NCBI GenBank assembly: GCA_964386355.1
Contig: CAYLQQ010000002.1
Location: forward strand, 45,374-109,373
Direction of reading: 5' to 3'
Length of the DNA stretch: 64,000 bases
DNA from: an uncultured Pseudomonadales bacterium
GTDB taxonomy: Bacteria; Patescibacteriota; Microgenomatia; UBA1400; UBA1449
The translations under genes and the position numbers were made by a program. Numbering within the stretch: position 1 is the stretch's first letter; the number at the start of each line of letters is the position of its first letter. The notes below the pieces were generated by a model, which saw nothing but the letters and a program-made list of their open reading frames with translations, did no database searches and was not told where the DNA came from. Of the stretch, positions 13,076 through 22,255 are shown piece by piece.

Positions 13076-13993
13076 ATGATTGTTCTAAAAAACGTTTCTA
13101 AAAAATTCGATCAAACCCAGGTAATATCAGATCTGAATCTTACCATCAAAGAGGGGGAAATTGTTGGCTTGCTGGGACCAAACGGGGCTGGAAAAACCAC
13201 AACAGTACGGATGATTGCTGGTGTATTACCACCGAGCAAAGGAAGTGTTCATATCAACGATAAAAATCTCTTTGATGATGAGACACAAAACGGTATTCAT
13301 ATAGGGTATTTACCGGAGAATAATCCCGTCTATGATGATATGACTGTTGAGGAGTTTTTAAACTTCTGGTCAAATATTAAGGGAATGGATAAACAAGATG
13401 CATTCCAAAGAATTACTGATGTTATAAAGCAAGTTGGTCTTGGTGATGTGTATTATCGACCGATTGCGGAGTTATCAAAAGGGTATAGGCAGCGGGTAGG
13501 TATTGCACAAGCAATTCTTGATAAACCAGACATCTTGCTGCTGGATGAGCCGACTGAAGGACTTGATCCTAACCAGCGTCGTGATATCCATGACCTTTTA
13601 ACTTCACTTGGAAAGAAACGGACAGTAATTATCTGTTCTCATGTACTCTCAGAAATCACCAGAATGTGTAACCGTATCATTATTATTAACAAAGGCACTG
13701 TAGTGGCTGATAGTCCCGTTGAGCAAGTAGGGAATTTATCTGGTGGAGTTGTGTATGAGATGATGGCAAAGGGAAAAGATGTTGAGAAAGGTTTACGAAC
13801 CATTGAGGGGGTAATTAAGGTTGATGTGATGGATGCAACTAAGCCTGCAAAAACCTATCTTATCACAAGTAATTCAAAACAAGATTTAAGGCTGTCGCTT
13901 TTTGAGATGGCTAAAGATAAAAACTGGCAGTTATATGAACTTCTAAAGAAACAGGAAGATTTGGAGCAAATCTTTGCTCAAGTTACAAAATAG
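13076..13993 (+). CDS. ABC transporter ATP-binding protein (GldA-like ABC-2 subfamily)
   Basis: Walker A GPNGAGKTT, signature LSKGYRQR, Walker B LLLDEPTEGLD. Confidence 0.9.
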   Translation: MIVLKNVSKKFDQTQVISDLNLTIKEGEIVGLLGPNGAGKTTTVRMIAGVLPPSKGSVHINDKNLFDDETQNGIHIGYLPENNPVYDDMTVEEFLNFWSNIKGMDKQDAFQRITDVIKQVGLGDVYYRPIAELSKGYRQRVGIAQAILDKPDILLLDEPTEGLDPNQRRDIHDLLTSLGKKRTVIICSHVLSEITRMCNRIIIINKGTVVADSPVEQVGNLSGGVVYEMMAKGKDVEKGLRTIEGVIKVDVMDATKPAKTYLITSNSKQDLRLSLFEMAKDKNWQLYELLKKQEDLEQIFAQVTK

Positions 13994-14025
13994 ACTAATT
14001 AGAATACATAGCAACAATAAATCAT

Positions 14026-16236
14026 ATGAATATTCGAAACATACTTACAATAACTAAAAAGGAATTTTTAGGCTTTATTAATTCTACAACGGCCTACCTG
14101 CTTATCGTCCCTTTTATCCTAATAAGTTTCTTTTTATACTTCAGGCAAGCATTTATCTCAAATCAGGCAAATTTACGAGCCTTCTTTGACTTTTTACCAT
14201 TTATACTCTTATTTCTTGCTCCGGCAATATCGATGCGAACGTTTGCTCAGGAACAACGTAATAAGACTCTGGAAGTGCTGTTCGCACATCCGGTTACGGA
14301 GCTAGATATTACCCTTGGGAAATTTTTAGGATCACTTGCTTTTTATGGCACTATGTTACTTGCTACGATCAGTTTGCCTATTACTATTTTGCTTTTTGCA
14401 AAACCTGATATGGGAGTGATTATCAGCCAGTACTTAGGTGCTTTATTTATTGGTGGAGCATTTTTATCAATTGGTATAGCCACATCGACGCTTGTCGCTT
14501 CTCAAGTATCGAGTTTTTTATTAGCGGCAGCAGTAAACTTTTTACTCATACTGGTCGGTTTTGACATTGTGCTTTTAAGTCTTCCATCTGCACTAGGAGC
14601 TTTTGTGTCACAGCTGGCAATACTTCCCCACGCATCCAACATTAGCAGGGGTGCACTGGATATGCGTGACTTACTCTATTTTGTGACTATCGTCGGAATT
14701 GCCCTTACAATTGCAACCATAAAACTATCTGCACGTAAGATTGCAGAAAGTCAGATTGCCCGCCAAAAACTGTACATGGCCTTAGGTTTGGTGGTTGCCT
14801 TTGGAGTGATTACTAACATTTTTATGTACAGCTATCCAATCCGTATTGATTTGACAACCAACAAACTCTTTACCTTATCAAAAGGGACCAGAACAACCAT
14901 TGGAAATTTGCCAGATTTAGTCACTATTACACTCTACTCATCAAATAATTTGCCTGGTACGGTTGAATCAACTGTCCGGCAAACCAAAGATGTGCTTCGC
15001 GATTATCACAGGTTAGCAAAAGGAAAAATAAAGCTTGTCGAGAAACATCCCGATATAAATCCTGAGGATAAAACAGCAGCTGTTAATGATGGTATACAGG
15101 AGGTGCAGTTTAATACACTAAGTAATAATGCCTTTGCAGTCCAAGCCGGGTATGTAGGTCTTTCTCTTCAGTATCTTGATAAGAAAGAGACCATTCCGTT
15201 TATTCAAAACGCATCAGAGCTGGAATATCAGTTAACACGTTTGGTTCGCAAAATGACTACAGACAGCTTGCCAATCTTAGCTCTATATACACAACCAACA
15301 ATTACCTACACAGGACAACAGGCAGCAATAAATACGCTTAGGTCGGTACTCAGGGATCAGTATGATATTCGAGATTTGGATCTATCCCAACCCGAAGCTT
15401 CTATATCAGGAAAAGCTGTTATGGTGTATGGCTTAAACTCCGCTATGGGAGCAACAGCATCAGCCAAGCTTAAAACGTTTATAGCAGAAGGTGGTAATGC
15501 TTTATTACTGCTCGACAATCACACAGTAAATCCTCAGCTTGGGACTGCCCCTTCTTATACGGTAGGTATTGAGGATATGTTGGCCAATGATTTCGGAATT
15601 ACTGTCAATCAGGATCTAGTATATGATCTACGCTTAAACGAAATTATTACTCTGCAATCGGGTAATCAGCAATACTTACTTCCATATCCGTTCTGGCTGA
15701 AATCTTTGCCTGGTGAATCTAAAAAAATACCATTAGGAACTATTGGGAGCGTGACTTTGGCATGGCCAAGCTCTTTTACTCTAACTCAAAAAGAAAATGT
15801 GGTGCAGGAGCAACTGCTTATTACCAGCAAAAATGCCGGTTCACAACAGGGAACATTTCAAATTGCTCCTGAAAAACTACAAGCTAGCGATTTTAAAGTA
15901 GACGGTCAAGAGAAACCACTAGGAGTATTTGCGTCAAATACGAAGAGCACACTAATCGTAATTGGAGATAGTGATTTTATTACTGATCAGTTTGTGCAAA
16001 ATGCTCCAGTCAATTTGCAATTTGCTAACTTGCTTATCGATACAGTTGCAGCAGATGAGATTATGGCAACCGTTACTCAAAAATCAGGAGATAATCCTAT
16101 ATTTATATTTGATAGCGCCTCGCAAGCACAACTGGTTCAATATGTAAATTTATTGGGAGTACCTATCGTAATTGGGGTATTTGGTGGCTGGTGGCTACTC
16201 AGGCGTAAAAAGATGTACCAGCGAACTTATAATTAA
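14026..16236 (+). CDS. Fused ABC-2 permease (GldF-like) and GldG-like periplasmic/auxiliary domain protein
   Basis: The N-terminal ~240 aa form a six-helix ABC-2-type permease. A large soluble region and a C-terminal TM (VIGVFGGWWLLRRKK) follow, as in GldG-family proteins. It lies directly after the ATPase gene. Confidence 0.65.
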   Translation: MNIRNILTITKKEFLGFINSTTAYLLIVPFILISFFLYFRQAFISNQANLRAFFDFLPFILLFLAPAISMRTFAQEQRNKTLEVLFAHPVTELDITLGKFLGSLAFYGTMLLATISLPITILLFAKPDMGVIISQYLGALFIGGAFLSIGIATSTLVASQVSSFLLAAAVNFLLILVGFDIVLLSLPSALGAFVSQLAILPHASNISRGALDMRDLLYFVTIVGIALTIATIKLSARKIAESQIARQKLYMALGLVVAFGVITNIFMYSYPIRIDLTTNKLFTLSKGTRTTIGNLPDLVTITLYSSNNLPGTVESTVRQTKDVLRDYHRLAKGKIKLVEKHPDINPEDKTAAVNDGIQEVQFNTLSNNAFAVQAGYVGLSLQYLDKKETIPFIQNASELEYQLTRLVRKMTTDSLPILALYTQPTITYTGQQAAINTLRSVLRDQYDIRDLDLSQPEASISGKAVMVYGLNSAMGATASAKLKTFIAEGGNALLLLDNHTVNPQLGTAPSYTVGIEDMLANDFGITVNQDLVYDLRLNEIITLQSGNQQYLLPYPFWLKSLPGESKKIPLGTIGSVTLAWPSSFTLTQKENVVQEQLLITSKNAGSQQGTFQIAPEKLQASDFKVDGQEKPLGVFASNTKSTLIVIGDSDFITDQFVQNAPVNLQFANLLIDTVAADEIMATVTQKSGDNPIFIFDSASQAQLVQYVNLLGVPIVIGVFGGWWLLRRKKMYQRTYN

Positions 16237-16253
16237 TCCTAGATGTGTAACAT

Positions 16254-17150
16254 ATGACAAATAAGGTTTTATCCCAGCTTACATTTCTGGTTGCATTTGT
16301 TCTGCTGATATTATTTGGCAGAAATCTTATAACCAGATACCAGCAACAACAGCCAAATGAGTATCAAAATGCGATAAAAAGCATTAAATCAGATGACATT
16401 GTTCGTATTGAGTTGACCAAAGCAAGTCAAGAGCTGGTTTTAACACGACAGGACGGTATATGGAGGATTGCATCAAAATCAGCAGATATCGCAAAAGTAA
16501 ACGAACTTATTGGAGCTTTACTACCTAAACAATCACCACAGCTAATATCGGAGAATACAGATAAATTTTCAGATCTTGAAGCTACTCAAGAAACAGGAGT
16601 TACTGTAAAGCTGATAACCCAGCAGGATGAAAAAGTATTTATAGTAGGTAAGGCAATAGATACAGTGCGGGCAGTCAAATACGAACCTTTAGAAAAAGTA
16701 TATGGCATTTCTTCGGTGCCAGAACTATCAATCCAGGCAAGCGATTGGCTTAATACAACCGTTGTCGATATTGATAGTTCAAACATAAAAAAGATTTCAG
16801 TGAGTGGTAAAGAGATATACTCACTCATCCAAACCGGAGATAGGCAATGGTCTTTTGAGGGTTCTGATGAAAAGGTTAATAGCGATGGAGTTACTACATA
16901 TGCATATAAATTTAACCCTTTAAAGGCCGATGGTATTGCCAGTGAAGATCAAAAGCAGTCATTTGATCTTAGTAGTGCGGGGTTTCGGGTTTCAATAACA
17001 GATACCAGTGATGTGAATACTGATCTTCAATTTAAACTTATAGACGATCAGTACATTATCAAGCGCTCAACTGACAATGAATATTTTATACTAGATAAAC
17101 CAACGGGTGAAAGTTTTGAAAAACAAAAATCCGGATTTGTATCCTCATAA
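16254..17150 (+). CDS. DUF4340-like accessory protein of the GldG-type ABC system
   Basis: N-terminal TM plus a repeated beta-rich domain. Its position downstream of the GldG-like gene is the usual DUF4340 context. Confidence 0.45.
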   Translation: MTNKVLSQLTFLVAFVLLILFGRNLITRYQQQQPNEYQNAIKSIKSDDIVRIELTKASQELVLTRQDGIWRIASKSADIAKVNELIGALLPKQSPQLISENTDKFSDLEATQETGVTVKLITQQDEKVFIVGKAIDTVRAVKYEPLEKVYGISSVPELSIQASDWLNTTVVDIDSSNIKKISVSGKEIYSLIQTGDRQWSFEGSDEKVNSDGVTTYAYKFNPLKADGIASEDQKQSFDLSSAGFRVSITDTSDVNTDLQFKLIDDQYIIKRSTDNEYFILDKPTGESFEKQKSGFVSS

Positions 17151-17221
17151 ATCTTAAGTTCCTCTTGCAATCTGTTTCCAATCTCTATCATAATGGATGG
17201 GTTACTAATTTCTATTTACGT

Positions 17222-18166
17222 ATGCCTGCCAAAAAAACTGTAAAAAAGACTGCCTCAAAAAAAGTAGCAGTCAAGAAAACTCTCAAAACTAACCCTTTAT
17301 CGATCGCTGATAATAAGTACTTAGTGATGGTGCTTATGGTATGCGCACTTATTCCTCTTGCCATGATCATGCAAGTATTTTTCAGCAACTTCAGGACAAT
17401 ACAGAGAAACATGCCTGAGGTATTTGTGGGGGAAGAATCAGGAGTTAATCGAGTCTTTGTTACAAGCACAAGGTATGATGGCAATTTAGGTGGGCTTGCT
17501 GGTGCAGATACTAAATGCCAAGACATTGCTAACGCAAAAGGTATGGGTGGTACATGGAAAGCGTGGTTAAGTGATAGTAAAACTTCAGCTAGTTCAAGAC
17601 TTATTCATTCGAATAACCCATATGTATTACTGGATGGATCTATTGTTGCAAATAACTGGACAGATCTAACTGACGGTACACTACAAACACCAATAAATAT
17701 GGATGAAAACGGTTATCAGACAATAAACGAAATGGCTGTATGGACAAGTACTAAAGTTGATGGGAGTACATATTCTCCATATGCTAATAATACATTATGT
17801 AATGATTATACGGTCGCTGATGAAAATTATTCTATGTGTGGTATGGGTTATGTGAACAATAATGAGTGGACTGATTGGTCTTCGGATTGGTGTAAGGGCA
17901 CAAATAGGTTATATTGTTTTGAACAGATCGGCAATCCTCCAACACCCACACCTAGTCCAACTCCAGTAGTATGTTCTAAGGGCATGGCTTATCCTCACTA
18001 TAAAAACGTCAAAGGAGTGTGTACGAGAATTGATGAATGCGGCAGAACAACATGTGATCCTTTAAGGACACCAAAACCGACAAAATCCGCAGTAGTGAGA
18101 CCAACAAAATTACCAGTTGCTACGGTTAATCCAATCATACCTTTACCAACTCAAAACCCATACTAA
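17222..18166 (+). CDS. Membrane-anchored secreted protein, DUF1554-like domain plus Pro/Thr-rich Cys-containing tail
   Basis: Lys-rich N-terminus and a TM segment, then VFVTSTRYDGNLGGLAGADTKCQDIANAKGMGGTWKAWLSDSKTSASSRL..., which resembles DUF1554. The start was moved to MPAKK (ATG at 17222). Confidence 0.45.
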   Translation: MPAKKTVKKTASKKVAVKKTLKTNPLSIADNKYLVMVLMVCALIPLAMIMQVFFSNFRTIQRNMPEVFVGEESGVNRVFVTSTRYDGNLGGLAGADTKCQDIANAKGMGGTWKAWLSDSKTSASSRLIHSNNPYVLLDGSIVANNWTDLTDGTLQTPINMDENGYQTINEMAVWTSTKVDGSTYSPYANNTLCNDYTVADENYSMCGMGYVNNNEWTDWSSDWCKGTNRLYCFEQIGNPPTPTPSPTPVVCSKGMAYPHYKNVKGVCTRIDECGRTTCDPLRTPKPTKSAVVRPTKLPVATVNPIIPLPTQNPY

Positions 18167-18184
18167 ATTGAATAAAAAGATATT

Positions 18185-18213
18185 AAAAAGCCCTGGTGAA
18201 ACAGGGCTTTTTT
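18185..18213. terminator. Bidirectional intrinsic terminator between convergent genes
   Basis: AAAAAGCCCTG-GTGAAA-CAGGGCTTTTTT, a hairpin flanked by an A-run and a T-run. Confidence 0.75.
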
Positions 18214-19252
18214 AGTCATAGAGGCCAGAAGTATCGATCATCTGCCATTGGTGATTAGTAAACGCCCAGTCAACTAGCTTTACTGTCTCTCCGAAGCGGT
18301 CGTAACTACCCAATACTGCTGTTACGATCCGGTGCCCGTCTCGCTCTACATAGGATACGAAGCATTCTCCAGCTGATTCAGTCCATCCTGTTTTAATTCC
18401 TTTTATGCCCGGCACTTTATCCAATAATTGATTAATAGCTATAAGGTCGTGGGGGATTGCATTTGTGACATCGTATACAGTTTCACTTTTAGTTGAGACC
18501 ATTTTTACCAGAGTATCATTCTCCATCAAATGAGAGCCGATGATTGCCAGGTCATGAACTGTAGAGAGGTGTCTGCCATTAGAAAGACCGGCAGGTTCTA
18601 AAAAATAGCTATCTTTAATACCAAAGGCCTCCAGTTTGCGGTTCATCTTTGCCACAAAGCCATCCATGCCATTTGGATCAAGATCAGCAAGGACGTAAGC
18701 TGCATCATTAGCTGAGTGAATGAGCAAGCCTTTAAGTAAATTCTCAACCGTAATATTCTCATCCTGCTGCAAAAACATAACTTGCCCGACACGAAGCGGA
18801 CTGGAAACGCTGGCAACTGTATCGAGCTTGTACTGATCAATAGCGACTAAAGCAGTAAGCATTTTTGTAGTTGATGCCGGGTGAAGTTTCAGATCAGGGT
18901 TTTTCATATACATGACCGCTTTGGAATCGACATCTACCACAATAGCTGACTGGGCGGAAATGTAGGGTGCTTGCGTACCTGTCGCATTAATGGGGTATGG
19001 ATTGGGTGTTGGAATGCTAGCTTTAATTTGTCTATATATCGGCTTGTCTTCAGGGATTTCGAATATGGGATAGGGGATCGTATTGGGAATGGTGAGGAAA
19101 AAGAGTGTAAGAGTAATGGTGAAAATAGAACGTTGTCTGGTTTTGGTCAGGCGCTTGAGATAGTTTCGCAGCTCTTCTTTGAGAGATTGAGGTTTTACAA
19201 GTATTGGTTTTATAACTTTGGGTTTGATAACTTTCTTTTTTGCCATGGTCAT
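18212..19252 (-). CDS. D-alanyl-D-alanine carboxypeptidase (serine type, peptidase S11 / PBP5-like)
   Basis: SxxK (ASTTK), SxN (HSAND) and KTG (KTGWT) motifs occur in the correct order and spacing. N-terminal membrane anchor. Confidence 0.88.
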   Translation of the reverse strand: MTMAKKKVIKPKVIKPILVKPQSLKEELRNYLKRLTKTRQRSIFTITLTLFFLTIPNTIPYPIFEIPEDKPIYRQIKASIPTPNPYPINATGTQAPYISAQSAIVVDVDSKAVMYMKNPDLKLHPASTTKMLTALVAIDQYKLDTVASVSSPLRVGQVMFLQQDENITVENLLKGLLIHSANDAAYVLADLDPNGMDGFVAKMNRKLEAFGIKDSYFLEPAGLSNGRHLSTVHDLAIIGSHLMENDTLVKMVSTKSETVYDVTNAIPHDLIAINQLLDKVPGIKGIKTGWTESAGECFVSYVERDGHRIVTAVLGSYDRFGETVKLVDWAFTNHQWQMIDTSGLYD

Positions 19253-19293
19253 ATCATAGCAAATACACGAAATGTATGAGCGTCGGTATATGA

Positions 19294-19926
19294 TTAGGTT
19301 TTTCTAGTAAAAACAAAAATATGAGGCTCTTTATCTTCACCAATATATATTGTTTCACATTTAATTAGTTCTAAGCCTACAATTTTAGTCCACTTCCTAA
19401 TCTCTTTTTCTGAAAAATAGTGAAAAAATGTAGATGTACTACCTGACTCATCATAATATTCAGGTTCAATTTCTTCTTTATCACCTCCCAAGACACATGC
19501 GCATATGATTCCGCCACTTTTAAGCACTCTTTTAAACTCATCAAATGTAGACTCTAATTCGTTTGAAGGTATATGGATTAAGGTTCGAGCAGTCCAAATA
19601 CCATCAAATGTATTATCTGCAAAGCTCATTTTTCTTACATCCATGACTTTAAAGTCAACATCTTTTACTTTCTCTTGTGCTAATTCGATCATTGAAGGAG
19701 TTATGTCTATTCCTATGACTTTATAACCAAGTTTTCTTATTTTTTGACTCTCTCCGCCAGGTCCACAACCAGCATCAAGAATATACTTACCTGTAGAAAT
19801 AAGCTCAAGAAACTGTTTAATTTCTGGATCAAACTCAACTTGATCAAAATGTTTTTGATAATAGGAGTCGGTAATTACCGTATATGGTTTGATAATATTA
19901 TCTTTAATTATTGAATCTAATCTCAT
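19294..19926 (-). CDS. Class I SAM-dependent methyltransferase
   Basis: Motif I ILDAGCGPGGES, a post-I acidic residue (GIDITP), and the typical ~200-aa size. Confidence 0.8.
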   Translation of the reverse strand: MRLDSIIKDNIIKPYTVITDSYYQKHFDQVEFDPEIKQFLELISTGKYILDAGCGPGGESQKIRKLGYKVIGIDITPSMIELAQEKVKDVDFKVMDVRKMSFADNTFDGIWTARTLIHIPSNELESTFDEFKRVLKSGGIICACVLGGDKEEIEPEYYDESGSTSTFFHYFSEKEIRKWTKIVGLELIKCETIYIGEDKEPHIFVFTRKT

Positions 19927-19929
19927 AAA

Positions 19930-21810
19930 TTAATTATTTTTTACAAATAATCCAAGTATAGGCTTTTCTGTACTTTTAAAATCCTCGCTTTTCATCTGCA
20001 CTGACTGCGTGTTTGATCCGGCATTGAAGTTGATCCAGGCTTGCTCAAGTAAGCCTTCATCAACATAGGTCGGAATATTAAATAAACTTCCAAATGGCGG
20101 GACGGAACCGGGTCGTAAGCCCGTGACCTTTAGTAACGTATCCTTATCTACTAGAGCAACATCTTTAAATCCAGTTGCTTGCTTAAATGCTTTTAGGTCA
20201 AGTTTAGATGCAGCTGAGACAACAACCATGATGGGTTTGCCATCAGCCATACAAACCAAGGCTTTAGCACCGGATTCTATGGAAGTTCCTCTAGCTTGTG
20301 CGGCCTCTTCGCTGGTAAACACAGGTTTATGCTCGAATTTCTTGTACTCAACTTTTTCATTATCTAAGTAATTGCAGATCTGCTCAAAGATCGATTTAGA
20401 AGTAGTCTGTTTCATAGAGCGGATCTGAATACCCAGCTCTTTCATCTGTTCTTCTGAGATGGGGCTGGGGGCATCCATCACTGCCGTTCTACCTGTTGAG
20501 GTCATCGGGAAGGCAATTGCCTCTTTAAGAGAGCTTTGGTTACTTAATAGCATGACAAACCTGTCTAAACCCAATGCTAGACCACCATGTGGCGGAGTTC
20601 CAAGACGAAACGCTTCAAGCATATGACCAACTGATGCTTCAATTTCTTCTTTAGAATATCCCATTATCTCAAACGTTTTATAAAGAGCGTTTGGGTTATG
20701 TGCCCGGATAGATCCTCCACCCATTTCGTATCCATTACAAACAAGGTCATATTGTGTTGTGAGAATATTCTCAATATTTTTCCCTTCCAGATGATCGGCA
20801 ATAAACTCATCTTTAGGCTGAGAAAACGGGTTGTGAGTGAATGTCCAGCCGCTTTTACCGTCACGCACCTCGGCCACGTCTTCTTTATTTACTTTCTTGA
20901 AAAATGGAAAGTCTACTACCCAAGCAAAAGCTAATACTCCATCCTTCTTTTCCTGTTCCGTTCGGATATCAAACCTGTCTGCACCATAGGTTTTAATAGC
21001 TTCATCATAAGTAATTATGGGAAATTTCCCTTCTCTTAGTTTACCTCCTACAGCCAAGATTGCTGCTTTGGTAGCCTGTTCAACCATTTCCATTACGTCC
21101 TCTCGTTTGACAAAGGACATCTCCAAATCAAGCTGGGTAAACTCAAATCCCCGGTCAGCCCGCAGATCCTCATCGCGGATGCAACGGGCAATCTGGAAAT
21201 AGCGTTCAAAGCCGGCTGTCATCAAAAGCTGTTTGTACTGCTGGGGTGATTGGGGCAAGGCATAGAACTTGCCTGGTTGGAAACGGGAAGGAACCACAAA
21301 ATCTCGGGCGCCTTCTTTGGTTGATTTGGTCAGCATGGGTGTCTCGATCTCGACAAAATCATTGGCAAATAAAGACTTGCGGAACTCTTCGATGAGCTTA
21401 CTTCGAAGCCTGATTGCTTTTTGCAGACGCTCACGTCGAAGGTCCAGGTATCTGTATTTTAACTTGAGCTCTTCATCAAGTTGAGTGCCATCAGTATCTA
21501 TGGGGAAGGGTAGTTCTTTGCATTCATTTAACAGGCTAAATGATGATGCTTGAATTTCGATTGCGCCGGTAGGAAGGTCTTTATTTACCATTTGCTCGGG
21601 ACGGTTATTAACTATACCGACTACTTCAACCACATCTTCCTGACTGAGTTTTCCCATTTTTGAGTCGCCCACTACCTGCACCTTGCCCGATCTATCGCGA
21701 AGCTCGATGAAAACTAATTTGCCGTGATCGCGGACCGTATCAACCCAACCTTGTAGCAAGATCTCCTCACCAATCTTTTTAAATGTTTCAAGTGCGAGTG
21801 TGCGTTTCAT
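19930..21810 (-). CDS. aspS: Aspartyl-tRNA synthetase (bacterial-type core without the GAD insertion) fused to a C-terminal YbaK/ProX-like aminoacyl-tRNA deacylase domain
   Basis: OB-fold N-terminus (LQGWVDTVRDHGKLVFIELRDRSG), FYALPQSPQQYKQLLM, motif 2 YFQIARCIRDEDLRADRGFEFTQLDLEMSF, motif 3 GGLALGLDRFVMLL. The last ~155 aa (...KFEHKPVFTSEEAAQARGTSIESGAKALVCMADGKPIMVVVSAASKLDLKAF...LRPGSVPPFG...) fit the YbaK-family pattern. Confidence 0.9.
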   Translation of the reverse strand: MKRTLALETFKKIGEEILLQGWVDTVRDHGKLVFIELRDRSGKVQVVGDSKMGKLSQEDVVEVVGIVNNRPEQMVNKDLPTGAIEIQASSFSLLNECKELPFPIDTDGTQLDEELKLKYRYLDLRRERLQKAIRLRSKLIEEFRKSLFANDFVEIETPMLTKSTKEGARDFVVPSRFQPGKFYALPQSPQQYKQLLMTAGFERYFQIARCIRDEDLRADRGFEFTQLDLEMSFVKREDVMEMVEQATKAAILAVGGKLREGKFPIITYDEAIKTYGADRFDIRTEQEKKDGVLAFAWVVDFPFFKKVNKEDVAEVRDGKSGWTFTHNPFSQPKDEFIADHLEGKNIENILTTQYDLVCNGYEMGGGSIRAHNPNALYKTFEIMGYSKEEIEASVGHMLEAFRLGTPPHGGLALGLDRFVMLLSNQSSLKEAIAFPMTSTGRTAVMDAPSPISEEQMKELGIQIRSMKQTTSKSIFEQICNYLDNEKVEYKKFEHKPVFTSEEAAQARGTSIESGAKALVCMADGKPIMVVVSAASKLDLKAFKQATGFKDVALVDKDTLLKVTGLRPGSVPPFGSLFNIPTYVDEGLLEQAWINFNAGSNTQSVQMKSEDFKSTEKPILGLFVKNN

Positions 21811-21849
21811 ATATCTCCTTTAATCATTAATAATTTGAACAATAGGTAC

Positions 21850-22003
21850 AAAAAAACCGCCATAGTTCCCCATCAAAAAGGGCCAATCTGGCGGTACCAC
21901 CTAATTCTTTACTTATCCTGCTATTACGGGCTTACCCGTTCCGGTTATTACTCCGGACAGCTCGTCCTTTGTCAGAGGACTCAGACGCTTGTATGATTTA
22001 TTA
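21850..22003 (-). promoter_or_regulatory. T-box-like tRNA-sensing leader of aspS (specifier GAC) with intrinsic terminator
   Basis: The minus strand carries AUUAGGUGGUACCGCC (T-box sequence). It overlaps a terminator CCGCCAGAUUGGCCC...GGGGAACUAUGGCGG+U7. A 5' hairpin GUCCU-CUGACAA-AGGAC carries the Asp codon GAC followed by A. A TTGTAT-17-TATAAT promoter lies just upstream (-10 at 22010..22015). Confidence 0.75.
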
Positions 22004-22064
22004 GTAATAATTATAAAATATGAGGGAAAAAAATACAAACTGAAATCAAAACCTAATTTAATTA

Positions 22065-22092
22065 TTGACGAGAGCGAAGTTTACTATAGAAT
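22065..22092 (+). promoter_or_regulatory. Sigma70-like promoter, divergent from the aspS leader
   Basis: TTGACG-16 nt-TAGAAT. Confidence 0.5.
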
Positions 22093-22098
22093 AATTAG

Positions 22099-22248
22099 GC
22101 TATGAATTGCAGATCCAATTACCAACACCTTACCAAATGCCAAGTCCGCTTTATGTGGATTATTTTGGGTGGTATTAAGGAGGTTCTTGGGTAAGTTTGT
22201 ATAAAAAGATAGAAAACCAAAACCTCCTTAAACCAAGGAGGTTTTTTT
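22099..22248 (+). ncRNA. Candidate ~150-nt leader or small RNA with a possible 30-codon leader ORF and alternative terminator/antiterminator pairing
   Basis: The promoter is followed by the hairpin AACCUCCUUAAACCAAGGAGGUU+U7 at 22221..22248. An upstream copy UUAAGGAGGUU (22175..22185) can pair with the 5' arm of that hairpin instead. The small ORF 22102..22194 ends exactly over the upstream copy. Confidence 0.3.
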
Positions 22249-22255
22249 ATGCCCT

